A DNA stretch of 64,000 nucleotides, from positions 608,001 to 672,000 of the forward strand of contig CBDCMT010000001.1 of the NCBI GenBank assembly GCA_965219095.1, given 5' to 3'. Every line of letters begins with the position of its first letter. The first letter of the stretch is position 1. Positions 10,731 to 21,664 of the stretch are shown here, one piece after another. The notes beneath the pieces are model-generated. The model searched no databases and was not told the DNA's origin. It saw nothing but the letters and a program-made list of their open reading frames with translations. A program made the position numbers and the translations under genes. Origin of the DNA: Bdellovibrionales bacterium (GTDB lineage: Bacteria; Bdellovibrionota; Bdellovibrionia; Bdellovibrionales; UBA1609).

Positions 10731-13001
10731 TCAATCTTTACTTTGACGAATTAAATTTAAAGCTGAACCGGCTTGAAACCATTTGACTTGTTCTTTATTA
10801 AAAGTATGAGTTAACTCAATAACATCTTCAGTCCCATTTTTGTGTTTTAAAACCATTTGCAAAACACTTCCCGGAGCAAATTCTTTTAAACCCCTTATAA
10901 AAACACGATCCATTTCATTTACTTTTTCGTAGTCATGAGGTTCTTTAAAATGAAGTGCTAAAACACCTTGTTTTTTTAAATTAGTTTCATGGATGCGAGC
11001 AAAACTTTTCACCACAACGGTATGGCAACCTAAATAACGAGGACTCATTGCGGCATGTTCTCGACTGCTTCCTTCTCCATAATTTTCATCACCTACGATA
11101 ATCCAGCCTTGATGGTTTAATTTATAATGCCTTGCTGTTTTTTGAAATTCTTGATGTTCCTCACCTGTTAAAACGTTCAAGCCCTTTCCTATTTCCTTTG
11201 TAAAGGCGTTTTTAGCTCCTAATAACATATTGCTTGAAATGTTATCCAAATGACCTCTGTAACGAAGCCAAGCTCCTGCAGGACTAATGTGATCTGTAGT
11301 ACACTTTCCTTTCGCTTTACAAAGGATTAAAAGATTTTCTCCATCCTCTTTTTTCCAAGATGAAAAAGGTTCTAAAATCTGAAGCCTCTCTGAATGGGGT
11401 TTGACTTCTATGTATACAGTCTTTCCAAGGGGTTCTAAATAAGCCTCTTCATCAGAAACAAAGCCGAAAGGAGGTAATTCTAAACCTTTAGGTGCATGAA
11501 GTTTAATGCTTTTTCCCTCTTTTGTTTTGATTTTGTCGGTTTCAGGATTAAAATCTAAACGACCCGATAAACCTAAAGCCATTACCACCTCAGGACTTCC
11601 AAGAAAAGAAAGAGTTTCTTTATTACCATCATTTCTGCCTCTAAAGTTTCTGTTAAAACTTGAAACAATGGTATTTACTTGACCTTCTTTCAAAGAATCT
11701 CGTTTCCATTGCCCAATACAAGGTCCACAAGCATTTGCTAAAATCACACCGCCTACTTTTCTTAACTTTTCCATCTGCCCATCTCTTTCAATAGTTTTTT
11801 TGATTTGACTTGAACCAGGAGAGACCATAAAAATTTGCGGCATTTTCAGTCCATGTTCCGAGGCTTGCTCTGCTACATGACTAGCCCTCTCAATATCTTC
11901 GTAGGATGAGTTTGTACAAGAGCCAATAAGAGCTGCAGAAAGCTCAACGGGCCAATCTTCTCTTTCAAGCTCTTCTTTCATTTGACTTAAAGGCCTTGCT
12001 ACATCAGGGGAATGGGGGCCTACTAAATGAGGTTCCAAAGAAGACAGATCTATTTCCACAACCTCATCATAAAACTGCTTAGGATCAGATGACACTTCAC
12101 TGTCGGCTTCTAAAAGATCTTTGTTCTCTTCTGCTAAAAGAGCTAAATTTTTTCTATTGGTAATATTTAAATAAGCTTCCATCTTTAAGTCAAAAGGAAA
12201 GACAGAGCAAGTTGCTCCTAACTCAGCTCCCATGTTAGTGATGGTAGCTTTTCCTGTACAGCTAATCATCCTACAGCCTTCACCAAAATACTCGATAATT
12301 TTATTGGTTCCACCTTTAACTGTTAAAATTCCACAAAGTTTTAAAATCACATCCTTAGGAGCCGTCCAGCCTTTTAGTTTTCCTGTGAGATGAACACCTA
12401 AAATTTTAGGGTTTTTCACTTCCCATTTTAAACCAGCCATAACATCAGAAGCATCAGCACCTCCAACCCCAATAGCTAACATACCTAAACCTCCCGCATT
12501 AGGCGTATGAGAGTCCGTTCCAATCATAAGGCCTCCAGGGAAAGCATAGTTTTCTAACACGACTTGATGAATGATTCCTGCCCCTGGCTTCCAAAAACCA
12601 ATACCATAACGACTCGAAGCAGCTTCTAAAAAATCATAAACCTCTTTATGATCAGACATCGCTTGTTTTATATCCTCTTTTGTACCTTCATAAGCTCTTA
12701 TCAAATGATCACAATGAACTGTTGTTGGTATAGCTACAGTGTCTTTTTTAGCAAGCATAAATTGCAATAAAGCCATCTGAGCTGTGGCATCCTGCATGGC
12801 CACTCGATCAGGTTGTAAAGAAAGAAAGCTTTTTAATCTTTTGAGTTCTTGACTTGCAGGATCTGTTAAATGTCCATAGAGAATTTTTTCTGCCAAGGTT
12901 AAAGGTCGATCTAAGCGATTTCTTATCACCTTTAAATTCTTTCGTATTTTTTTATAAGCTCCTTCTGTCATTTGAGCTGTTGTTTCAATTTGACTTGACA
13001 T
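10731..13001 (-). CDS. Aconitate hydratase (mitochondrial-like type)
   Basis: PDRVAMQDATAQMA, HCDHLI, GTDSHT, IGSCTNSSYED, NACGPCIGQW, GSSREHAA. Confidence 0.95.
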   Translation of the reverse strand: MSSQIETTAQMTEGAYKKIRKNLKVIRNRLDRPLTLAEKILYGHLTDPASQELKRLKSFLSLQPDRVAMQDATAQMALLQFMLAKKDTVAIPTTVHCDHLIRAYEGTKEDIKQAMSDHKEVYDFLEAASSRYGIGFWKPGAGIIHQVVLENYAFPGGLMIGTDSHTPNAGGLGMLAIGVGGADASDVMAGLKWEVKNPKILGVHLTGKLKGWTAPKDVILKLCGILTVKGGTNKIIEYFGEGCRMISCTGKATITNMGAELGATCSVFPFDLKMEAYLNITNRKNLALLAEENKDLLEADSEVSSDPKQFYDEVVEIDLSSLEPHLVGPHSPDVARPLSQMKEELEREDWPVELSAALIGSCTNSSYEDIERASHVAEQASEHGLKMPQIFMVSPGSSQIKKTIERDGQMEKLRKVGGVILANACGPCIGQWKRDSLKEGQVNTIVSSFNRNFRGRNDGNKETLSFLGSPEVVMALGLSGRLDFNPETDKIKTKEGKSIKLHAPKGLELPPFGFVSDEEAYLEPLGKTVYIEVKPHSERLQILEPFSSWKKEDGENLLILCKAKGKCTTDHISPAGAWLRYRGHLDNISSNMLLGAKNAFTKEIGKGLNVLTGEEHQEFQKTARHYKLNHQGWIIVGDENYGEGSSREHAAMSPRYLGCHTVVVKSFARIHETNLKKQGVLALHFKEPHDYEKVNEMDRVFIRGLKEFAPGSVLQMVLKHKNGTEDVIELTHTFNKEQVKWFQAGSALNLIRQSKD

Positions 13002-13028
13002 AGTTCACCTCAGTTCTTTGTTTTGACT

Positions 13029-13679
13029 TCAAGCCATTTCGAAAATTTCCCTGACAGCTTTTCTGATGCCTGTGTAAACTTCAAAAGGACTTGCCTTGTC
13101 GTACATATAAGCAGGTGTTGTAACTAATTTATTCTCTCTATCAGTTACAAAATCCATAACAGGACACAAGATATGATGTGCTCCTGTTTTTTCAATTTCC
13201 TCTGATACTGCCTTATCCTCACCAATGGTGACAGATACCTTTTGATCCCCTAAAACTTTAGAAACCAAAGCAGGAGCAATACATAAAGCTCCAATTGGTT
13301 TCGAATGTGCATGAAAATCTCTGATGATCCTTTCAATATGAGAATCCACTTTGCAGTCCGCTCCTTTCTGAGCAAAATCACACAAATGGATTACTGCCCC
13401 ATAACCTCCAGGAAAAATTAATCCATGGAAATCATCTATTTTAAGCTCATTAAGAGGCAATACAGGCTTTCTATAAATACGAGTGGATTCATAGAGCGTG
13501 TTTCTTTTCTCTTCTGCTTTATCACTTACATGGTTTATAGCTTTTATCTCTTTGTCAGGTGAAAAAGCCACAACACAAGCTTCTAATTCTGAAAGTGCTA
13601 AAAAAATACAGACAGCTTCTGTGATCTCAGAACCATCTTTAAATCCACAACCAGATAAAATAACAGCAAATCTTTTCAT
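13029..13679 (-). CDS. elbB: ElbB/ES1 glyoxalase (DJ-1/PfpI superfamily)
   Basis: ILSGCGFKDGSEITEA, FPGGYGA, CIAP, VTTPAYM. Confidence 0.9.
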   Translation of the reverse strand: MKRFAVILSGCGFKDGSEITEAVCIFLALSELEACVVAFSPDKEIKAINHVSDKAEEKRNTLYESTRIYRKPVLPLNELKIDDFHGLIFPGGYGAVIHLCDFAQKGADCKVDSHIERIIRDFHAHSKPIGALCIAPALVSKVLGDQKVSVTIGEDKAVSEEIEKTGAHHILCPVMDFVTDRENKLVTTPAYMYDKASPFEVYTGIRKAVREIFEMA

Positions 13680-13715
13680 TTTCTCCTCTCCCTATGTTAT
13701 AACTTTTAAACGAAA

Positions 13716-14348
13716 ATGAAAAGAATTTCAAGAATAATCGATCTTCTTAAGAAAACCTATCCTGAAGCCAAATGTACCCTAAGGTATAAAAAAGATTATG
13801 AGCTTTTAGTGGCCACCATTTTAAGTGCTCAATGCACAGACAAAAGAGTTAATGAAGTCACCACTGATTTATTTGAAACCTACCCCACAGTGAAGGCTTT
13901 AGCTAAAGCCCCTTTAAGAAAGCTTGAGAGCTTGATTCACTCCACAGGTTTTTACAAGAACAAAGCAAAAAACATTAAGGCTTGCTGTCAAAAAATTGTA
14001 AAAGATCATAAAGGGTATGTCCCTCGAAATCTAGAAGAGTTGGTTCTTCTTCCAGGTGTGGGGAGAAAAACAGCTAACGTGGTCTTAGGAAATGCTTTTG
14101 GCATTGCTTCTGGTGTTGTTGTGGACACCCATGTCACTAGACTTTCTTATCGTATGGGCCTTACAACGACAAAAAACCCTCTTCTTATAGAAAAAAAACT
14201 CAACAAGCTCTTACCTAAAAAGTATTGGATTGACTTTTCCCATTGGTTGATACTCCACGGAAGATTTGTATGTAAGTCTAGAAGACCTCAATGTCAGTCT
14301 TGTGTGCTAATATCTCATTGCCCTAAGAAAAAATATAAACTAAAATAA
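13716..14348 (+). CDS. nth: Endonuclease III
   Basis: ATILSAQCTD, HhH LPGVGRKTANV, VDTHV, C-terminal four-Cys cluster. Confidence 0.95.
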   Translation: MKRISRIIDLLKKTYPEAKCTLRYKKDYELLVATILSAQCTDKRVNEVTTDLFETYPTVKALAKAPLRKLESLIHSTGFYKNKAKNIKACCQKIVKDHKGYVPRNLEELVLLPGVGRKTANVVLGNAFGIASGVVVDTHVTRLSYRMGLTTTKNPLLIEKKLNKLLPKKYWIDFSHWLILHGRFVCKSRRPQCQSCVLISHCPKKKYKLK

Positions 14349-14353
14349 CTTCT

Positions 14354-14836
14354 ATGTTCACAGCCCTATTACAAAGTCTTCGTTATTTAGGCCATTTCTA
14401 CCCTTTAGCCTTTCTAAGAATTTATTTAGGTTTTGTGTTTCTCTCTCAAGCTTTGGAAAGAAAAAGTTCAGGGTTTTTAGACACTCCCCATTTGGCAGCT
14501 ATGATTGAAGAGTGGCTTCCTCAAAGTACCTCACCTACTTGGCTTCAGGTTTTTTACGAATCCACAGTCGTTCCTCAGTGGCAACTTTTCAGCTATATCA
14601 TTTTATTTTGTGAAATGATCATAGGATTAAGCTATATTTTAGGGTTTGGAGTAAGATCCATTAGCTGGATAGGAATTATCCTCTGCTTTCATTTCATCTA
14701 CATAAGTTCTCCTCTAGAGACAACACTTTATAAAATTCTTATGGCTACTTTTTTTACTATGGCATGGCTGGGAGCTGGACGTTGTCTAGGTATTGATTAC
14801 TACTTTTTCAAAAGGGTGCGTGGTATTTGGTGGTAG
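14354..14836 (+). CDS. DoxX-family membrane protein
   Basis: LRIYLG, four hydrophobic segments, GAGRCLGID. Confidence 0.75.
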   Translation: MFTALLQSLRYLGHFYPLAFLRIYLGFVFLSQALERKSSGFLDTPHLAAMIEEWLPQSTSPTWLQVFYESTVVPQWQLFSYIILFCEMIIGLSYILGFGVRSISWIGIILCFHFIYISSPLETTLYKILMATFFTMAWLGAGRCLGIDYYFFKRVRGIWW

Positions 14837-14840
14837 AAAA

Positions 14841-15025
14841 GGCGTTGTTGTACACAAGCGTTTTAGATCAAGTTGTTTCCACTTGAGGTGACATCATTCC
14901 TATTGAGTTTGGAGTTTGATAGCTGAAGGGGTCTTCATGTGATTAAGAATCCTGCACTTTATAAAGGCTTCATGAGCTTGATTCATAAAATTTCTTGAAT
15001 TAAGTTTTGATCCTAGAAGTTGATT
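14841..15025 (-). mobile_element. IS5 family (IS903-like) 3' remnant
   Basis: Minus strand reads QLLGSKLNSRNFMNQAHEAFIKCRILNHM; terminus GGCGTTGTTG at 14841 resembles IS903-type ends. Confidence 0.65.
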
Positions 15026-15029
15026 GGAG

Positions 15030-15119
15030 CCTGTAAACCGAATTGTGTAACTGAATATAACACACTACAATATTCCTATTGCAGTGTGTTATATTCAGTT
15101 ACACAATTCGGTTTACAGG
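15030..15119. repeat. 90-bp near-perfect palindrome built from IS256-like ends
   Basis: 37-bp perfect arms, one mismatch, 5 more pairs, TTCC loop. Confidence 0.9.
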
Positions 15120-15122
15120 AGC

Positions 15123-15535
15123 TAATATCATTTCCAAAAATTAATTCGACATTCTTTTAACGCATTGCGTCCTGGCTTTTTGATAAAACTCTGTTAAATT
15201 TTTAGAGTCATGTCGAAAAAAGATTTAGTTACACAGATTCAAGGGTATGATTTTCTGGCTACTTACAAAGTGGAAAGAAGTGCCAACATCAAGATAAAAC
15301 TCCAAGCTTTGCAGCATATGCAAGACGGAAAATCGATTCAAGAAACAGCAGGTATAGTTTTCTATCATCGTCACAGTATCAAATCCTGGTTACAGTCTTT
15401 TGTAGACTTTGATTACGAGGGATTGATAGATCGAGAAGGCAGAGGGCGCAAGCCTCGTTTACCAGTGACAGAAGAAGAGAACTTCAAAATCAAGTTAGAT
15501 GAAATTCAAGACAAAAGAGAGGGAGGAAGCATAGG
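15123..15535 (+). mobile_element. IS630-A 5' fragment, cut by IS3
   Basis: Matches the left part of 34866-36275. Confidence 0.9.
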
Positions 15536-16807
15536 TGATCTTCCCCCAAAAAAGTGGACAGTTTTTATGTTCTTAAAGCCCTCCTTTGTTTAAATTCTTT
15601 TGGGCTCATGTATTTCAAGGAAGAATGCATTCTTACCTTGTTATACCAATCCATGTAAATTGCAATTTTTTTCTCCAACTCTTCTTTCGTTGTACAGTCT
15701 TTGTATTCCAGTTCATCTTTCAACGTATGGAAAAAGCTCTCCACAAACGCATTATCATAACAATTTCCTTTCCTAGACATAGATTGCTTGAGGCCAAAGA
15801 ATTTCAATTCTTTTCTAAACCCTTCACAACAATATTGAACCCCTTGATCCGAGTGGATTATCAAGCCCTCTAAGTTCCCAGAAACAGATTGGACTGCGGC
15901 TCTCAGAGCCTGTTTTGAATGAACCCCGTCCAAGCTCTCACAGAGCTTCCAAGACTTAATCTCTCGATTATAGACATCTAAAAATACAACCAAATACAGA
16001 AATTTATCTCTAAAAGGAATATAGGTTAAATCCGAACACCATACCTGGTTTTCTTTTCCTGCTTGGCTCTGTCCTGTCTTAAACAACCGAGGAGACTTAA
16101 TCATGAGAGGGTTATTCTTTATCATGAGAGGGTTATTCTTTGTTGTTCTAGGAACATAGGGTTTTTTCTGACGGGCACTGAGATTCTTTAGTTTCATAAT
16201 TCGAGCTACTTTGTTTTCTCCAGCACTCACTCCGCAACGCTTTAATTCCCTATACACCCTGGGGGAACCATAACAGCCTTTATTTTTTTTAAAAATAGAT
16301 TCTATGTTTTTCTCCAGATTTTTATCCTTTTCAAGCTTTCCCCTGGTTTTTAAAAAACTATAAAAACCAGAACGAGATCCTCTTAATAATTCGCAAATGC
16401 GAAGCACTGGATGCCCTTTCTCTTTTACATAAAACATAGCCTTAAATCTCATTTCAGGATTTCCTTTGAAAAAAAAGCCGCTGCCTCTTTCAATATACCT
16501 ACACTCCGCCTCTCATAGACCAGCTCCTTTTTTAACCTCTTTATTTCCTCCAATGCCGAAGCCAAGTCATGGGAAGCTTGTCTTTCTACTTCAGGCTTTA
16601 GAAAACGCTTCCAAGAGCTTATCACTTGGAAATTTCTCAGTCCTAGCTTCTCTGAGGCTTCCTTTGCACCTATTTCCTCTGCCAATTCAATGGCTTGCTT
16701 TTTAAACTCTTCCGAGTACTGTTTTACTTTTTCCATTCTTTCTTTTACCTCCATTTTATGGAGACTTTAAGAGAAAATTGACTGTCCGCAGAAACAGGGG
16801 AAGATCA
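15536..16807 (-). mobile_element. IS3-family element (orfA 16449-16754, orfB 15565-16452)
   Basis: TG...CA ends, WCSDLTY, IIHSDQGVQY, GNCYDNAFVESFF; ATGA overlap of orfA/orfB; 21-nt in-frame duplication KNNPLMI. Confidence 0.95.
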
Positions 16808-17387
16808 TACCTTTAGGGAATTGACCTTTATTTCTAGCTCCACATGAGGGACAATCCTTAACTTCAGAAGTTACAGTATGGGTCTGAATTTCATAAAAAA
16901 TATCAATCTTTTTACGCTTCTCAAGGCTTTTTACCTCTGCTGTCTTTAAAAACATCCCACACTGAGAACACTCTGAGGGAGAGACAGTCTCCTCACTGTT
17001 TGTATCTTTACTGTTATCAAGTCTAGAGCCCTTTTTTTGACTCCCACTAGCTTTCTTATTACGATTCCCTTGACGACTAAAATCTTGCGAAGGAGGAAGA
17101 CCGCTGTTGCTGGAATTTTTTCGAACCTGTTTTTCTAAAAGCACAACAATCAGAATGTTCACAACCTTAAAGAGAGATTCAAAAACCACAGAAATCTCAG
17201 TAGGCACAGAACCTTTCTTTGCAAGCTTATCAAAGTCACTTCTTATATTTTCAATCTCATTTCTGATGGAGGTCTTATTTATTGTCATTTGAAAAAAGTA
17301 TTTAAAAGAAAATCTGTAAGAGCAAGACTTTTATCTTAAAACAGGTCTAAAGTTAGGGATAACTGAACAATGTAGGTGAGCAGTTAC
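16808..17387 (-). mobile_element. IS66-A 5' fragment
   Basis: Near identical to 41116-41695; GTAACTGCTCAC end. Confidence 0.9.
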
Positions 17388-17514
17388 TTGTTATGTACAT
17401 AATCCCCCCCCTATAAATATGAACATACTAAAGACATACTATGTTGTCAAGCAAAAAAATACCAATGAAATCAAATAGTTATAAATTTAATCCTTTCTTG
17501 AGGGCGAACTCAGG
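17388..17514 (-). mobile_element. IS1634-type left end with promoter and first codons
   Basis: CCTGAGTTCG tip matches the end at 62738; TTGACA-N17-TATGTT, G-rich RBS, ATG TAC ATA ACA. Confidence 0.7.
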
Positions 17515-17659
17515 TGTCAGGGTGTTTCAGGACAGAAGAAATGGCGAAATATTTTTGTCGCATTACCAGCTATGTTAAAACAATGAGAAATAGAAGGTAT
17601 TCTTCTTTAGAAGCGATCTCTATGGCTTTAAATAAAAACTTACGAGAGTGAGCAGTTAC
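17515..17659 (+). mobile_element. IS66-A 3' fragment with right end
   Basis: Inverted match to 40164-40308; ends GAGCAGTTAC. Confidence 0.9.
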
Positions 17660-17792
17660 GTAAATTTCAGGAATAGAGGATGTGCTATTTCGATAAAGCG
17701 AATTTTTTATAAGTATCAGTAAATCATCTATGAAAAGGTATGTCAAGAGAAAACAGATCCCCATTTACAAAAAAAGACATTTTTTTAAGGAT

Positions 17793-18806
17793 TCATACCT
17801 TTAAAGCACTAATAAAAAGTTCAGAACCTAGTCTTTTTTCTACAGACTGACGGCAACGAAACCAGTGAAGAAAACGAAACCTTTTCTCCAACCTGCAATG
17901 GAGTTCCCACTCAGAAGCTCCATAAGGAGGACCACAAAACTCTTTCTTAATAAAAAAAATACCTATAAACAGTCCTCTTTCATCTAAAAGACTTCTATAC
18001 TTTTGAACTAAATCGTCTCTTTTAAGAGGATCAATAGCACAAAACAAATTATGATCAAAAATAACATCAAATTCTTCTTTTAAATCATAGTCAAAAATAT
18101 CTTTTTTCACCCAAGAAATATATTTTGAGTTATGAAGACTTTGAGCTTTTCTAAGAGCTTCTTTGCTGAAATCTAGAGCTGTGACATGATGACCTTGTGT
18201 TGCTAAAAAATGAGCATCGTAACCTTTTCCACAGCCAGACACTAAAATGCGGCTTTTGATCATTTTTAATCTAGGCCAAAATTTTTTTAAAACAGGAGAG
18301 GGTTTTGCTAAATCCCAAGGGACAGACTTGTCTTTTTGATAAATACCGGTCCAAAAAGAAGAACTACTTACTGAAGTTTCTTTAGAAAACCATTTTTTAA
18401 CTTTTATTTTTTTACTCCTAGTAACAAAAATACTTGTATCATCAAAACTGTAAAGCTCATTAAAAAAAAGATTCTGAGCTTTTCTTAAAAAAACAAAAGG
18501 TAAACCTCTTTGACTGAAGCCACAAAACCTATCCCATTCGTCTGTTTTTAACTCCTCTAAACAAAAACTTTCCGAAAAACCTCCCTCTAAAATCAGTTTT
18601 TGATTCTCTATATCAACACGATGGACCATAAGAGGAGCTTCATAGGCTTCTACAAAAGCATAGATGTCGCCATAACTGACTATAAGCCTGTTTAAATCAT
18701 CAAATCTCATCGATTGAAATAACTGGAATATGACTTCCTTATCTTTGACTACAAGGCCTTGAAAATGAAATTGCCCTTGTTCATTGATCTGAATAAAGCG
18801 GTTCAT
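17793..18806 (-). CDS. Class I SAM methyltransferase (TPMT-like) with N-terminal extension
   Basis: PWD, ILVSGCGKGYDA, ALDFS, FCAIDP, GPPYG. Confidence 0.8.
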   Translation of the reverse strand: MNRFIQINEQGQFHFQGLVVKDKEVIFQLFQSMRFDDLNRLIVSYGDIYAFVEAYEAPLMVHRVDIENQKLILEGGFSESFCLEELKTDEWDRFCGFSQRGLPFVFLRKAQNLFFNELYSFDDTSIFVTRSKKIKVKKWFSKETSVSSSSFWTGIYQKDKSVPWDLAKPSPVLKKFWPRLKMIKSRILVSGCGKGYDAHFLATQGHHVTALDFSKEALRKAQSLHNSKYISWVKKDIFDYDLKEEFDVIFDHNLFCAIDPLKRDDLVQKYRSLLDERGLFIGIFFIKKEFCGPPYGASEWELHCRLEKRFRFLHWFRCRQSVEKRLGSELFISALKV

Positions 18807-19225
18807 GGTTCAGAGGAAATTTCAGGTGATTCCAGCTTAATACGAAGAGCATCTTTCAAAGTGATGGATTGTTCTAAAATGTGAAATTGATTGAGAATCC
18901 AGATCTGTTCATTGCTTGTAAGCTCTTTTCTAAGAAGTGCAAAACCTTTAAGATATTTTTTTCCTTGGCTTTTCTGACCTTCGAAAGAGTACTCAAAATC
19001 CACTTTAATGGTTTTCTCTGAAAGAGCCTTGGTCCAAACTTTATCAATTTTAAGATTTTTACTGCGAGAGCTTTTTGAATTTAAAATGTACTTTTTTATT
19101 TTTTGTCGAAATTGATTTTGAATCTGTTCATGCACTTGGGTGTCTATAGGAGCTTTTTTTCGAACCCAGTAAAAACTAGCCATCAAGGCAAGAACAATAG
19201 GAAGCACTGTTAAAACTTTTCTCAT
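18803..19225 (-). CDS. Hypothetical protein with N-terminal membrane anchor
   Basis: 140-aa ORF, hydrophobic N-terminus, ATGA-coupled to the methyltransferase. Confidence 0.7.
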   Translation of the reverse strand: MRKVLTVLPIVLALMASFYWVRKKAPIDTQVHEQIQNQFRQKIKKYILNSKSSRSKNLKIDKVWTKALSEKTIKVDFEYSFEGQKSQGKKYLKGFALLRKELTSNEQIWILNQFHILEQSITLKDALRIKLESPEISSEP

Positions 19226-19329
19226 AATTTTATTTTAAGCTTAACAAAAGTCTTTAAGTACATTTTAAGCTATGCGTTATTCCCTTAGAAATCTTTTCTT
19301 TTAAGTCTTTCAAAGGTCATACTAAAAAT

Positions 19330-20910
19330 ATGGCTCAGCTTTCTAGTTCTGTTGATAAAGCATCTTCTCGTTTTCAAAACAATAAAAACCATTATTTAAA
19401 ACTTCTAGAAGAGCTTGAGGAGAAAAAAAAACAAGTTCAACAAATCTCCTCTGAGAGCCTTCAAAAGCATACAAAAAGAGGAAAACTCACAGCTCGGAAA
19501 AGAATAGAACTTCTCATTGACAAGAAAAGTCACTTTTTAGAGTTCTCACAACTTGCGGCTTTGGGAATGTATGGTGGAGGGGTCTGTTCAGCAGGTCTTA
19601 TCACTGGTGTAGGAGTTATTCACCAAAAAGAGTGTGTGATCGTAGCTAATGATGCCACGGTCAAAGGAGGGACTTACTTTCCTATCACAGTAAAAAAACA
19701 TTTAAGAGCTCAAGAGATTGCCTTAGAAAATGGACTCCCTTGCGTGTATTTAGTAGATAGCGGAGGGGCTTATTTACCCCTCCAGGCTGATGTTTTTCCT
19801 GATAAAGAGCATTTTGGACGTATTTTTTATAATCAAGCCCGCATGTCGGCTGAAGGTTTAGCACAAATATCAGCAGTGATGGGAAGTTGTACAGCTGGGG
19901 GGGCTTATGTGCCTGCTATGAGTGATGAAAACGTGATTGTAGAGGGCGTGGGAACCATTTTTTTAGGAGGGCCTCCCCTTGTGAAAGCAGCCACAGGAGA
20001 AGAGGTTACAGCAGAACAATTAGGAGGTGGAAAAGTCCATAGTGAAAAAAGTGGAGTCACGGACCATCTTGCCTCCTCTGACAAAGAAGCTTTAGAAAAA
20101 ATAAGAGATATATTTCAGTACTTAAAACCCACAGAAAAACAAAAACTCAATTGTATTCGTACAGCCTCTCCTCTTTATGACATAGAAGACATTTACGGCA
20201 TCATTCCCTACGAAAGAAAAATACCTTTTGAAATCAAAGAGATCATTTCTCGTTTAGTTGATGCCAGTGAATTTTATGAATTTAAAAAAAACTATGGAAG
20301 TACTCTTGTTACAGGTTGGGCTCATTTATGGGGTATTCCTGTGGGAATCGTAGCTAATAATGGTATTTTGTTTAGTGAAAGTGCTTTAAAGGGTACTCAC
20401 TTTATAGAACTTTGTGATCAAAGAAAAACTCCCCTTATTTTTCTTCAAAACATCACAGGTTTTATGGTAGGAAGAGAGTATGAAACAAAAGGTATTGCTA
20501 AAGAGGGTGCTAAGATGGTAATGGCTGTCAGCAATACACAGGTTCCTAAATTCACAGTGATTGTAGGAGGATCTTATGGAGCTGGTAATTACGGTATGTG
20601 CGGAAGAGCTTATCAACCGCGACAACTTTGGATGTGGCCTAATGCACATATCTCTGTTATGGGAGGAGAACAAGCAAGCCAAGTTTTAATTCAAGTCAAC
20701 AAAAATAAAACCAAAAAAGAGCTTTGTTCTTTAAAGGAAAAAATATTGGAAAAGTATGAAAAAGAAGGATCTTGCTACTACTCAACAGCTCGTTTGTGGG
20801 ATGACGGAGTCATTGATCCTAAAGATACGCGCCGTGTGTTGGCTTTAGGTCTTAAAATGAGCTTGAATAAAAAATTTGGACGCCCTGTTAAAGGTGTTTT
20901 TAGGATGTAA
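19330..20910 (+). CDS. liuB: Methylcrotonyl-CoA carboxylase beta subunit
   Basis: [39 protein letters not shown]. Confidence 0.9.
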   Translation: MAQLSSSVDKASSRFQNNKNHYLKLLEELEEKKKQVQQISSESLQKHTKRGKLTARKRIELLIDKKSHFLEFSQLAALGMYGGGVCSAGLITGVGVIHQKECVIVANDATVKGGTYFPITVKKHLRAQEIALENGLPCVYLVDSGGAYLPLQADVFPDKEHFGRIFYNQARMSAEGLAQISAVMGSCTAGGAYVPAMSDENVIVEGVGTIFLGGPPLVKAATGEEVTAEQLGGGKVHSEKSGVTDHLASSDKEALEKIRDIFQYLKPTEKQKLNCIRTASPLYDIEDIYGIIPYERKIPFEIKEIISRLVDASEFYEFKKNYGSTLVTGWAHLWGIPVGIVANNGILFSESALKGTHFIELCDQRKTPLIFLQNITGFMVGREYETKGIAKEGAKMVMAVSNTQVPKFTVIVGGSYGAGNYGMCGRAYQPRQLWMWPNAHISVMGGEQASQVLIQVNKNKTKKELCSLKEKILEKYEKEGSCYYSTARLWDDGVIDPKDTRRVLALGLKMSLNKKFGRPVKGVFRM

Positions 20911-20911
20911 C

Positions 20912-21664
20912 ATGAAATATGTATCATTTGAAATTAAAGAAAAAGTTTTTTATTTAGAGCTATCTCGCCCAGAAAAAAGAAATGCTTTTCACCCAGAGTT
21001 CATATCAGAGTTAACAGAAGTATTTGAAACAAAAATTTCAAAAGATATAGTCTGTGTTGTTTTAAGTGCAAAGGGAAAAAGTTTTTGTGCAGGAGCTGAC
21101 TTAGATTACATGAAATCTATGGTGGACTTTTCTTTTGAAGAGAACATAAAAGACGCAAGCAACCTATTTCATATGTTTGAAGCTATCTATAAGTGTCCTG
21201 CCCCCACTGTTGTTAAAGTTTACGGTCATGTTATGGGTGGAGGATTAGGAGTGGTTTCGGCTTGTGATATAGTAGCCTGTGAAAACTCTACAATTCTAAG
21301 TTTTTCTGAAGTTCATTTAGGACTTGTCGCTTCAGTGATCTGTCCTTTTGTTTTGAGGAAATTAAAAAGCTCCCATGTCAGAAAATGGATGCTGACAGGA
21401 AAGAGATTTTCAGCAAAAGAAGCTCTTGATTCTCAACTAGTTCATTTTGTAGGATCTAGTGAAAAAGTAGGTGAGTATGTAAAAAATGAGATAAGAAACT
21501 TCAAAAAACTTTCCAGAGAAGCTATAAGAGAAACCAAAAAACTTATCTTAGATTTTGAAAGCCTTACACCTAACTTAAAAAAAAGATGTGTAGAATTAAT
21601 AGCCCAACGTCGCAAAAGTGATGAAGCTCAAAAATTGATGGAGGCTTTTTTGAAGAGAACATGA
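20912..21664 (+). CDS. liuC: Methylglutaconyl-CoA hydratase (crotonase family)
   Basis: RPEKRNAF, FCAGADL, GGGLG, FSEV; operon context; ATG at 20912. Confidence 0.8.
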   Translation: MKYVSFEIKEKVFYLELSRPEKRNAFHPEFISELTEVFETKISKDIVCVVLSAKGKSFCAGADLDYMKSMVDFSFEENIKDASNLFHMFEAIYKCPAPTVVKVYGHVMGGGLGVVSACDIVACENSTILSFSEVHLGLVASVICPFVLRKLKSSHVRKWMLTGKRFSAKEALDSQLVHFVGSSEKVGEYVKNEIRNFKKLSREAIRETKKLILDFESLTPNLKKRCVELIAQRRKSDEAQKLMEAFLKRT

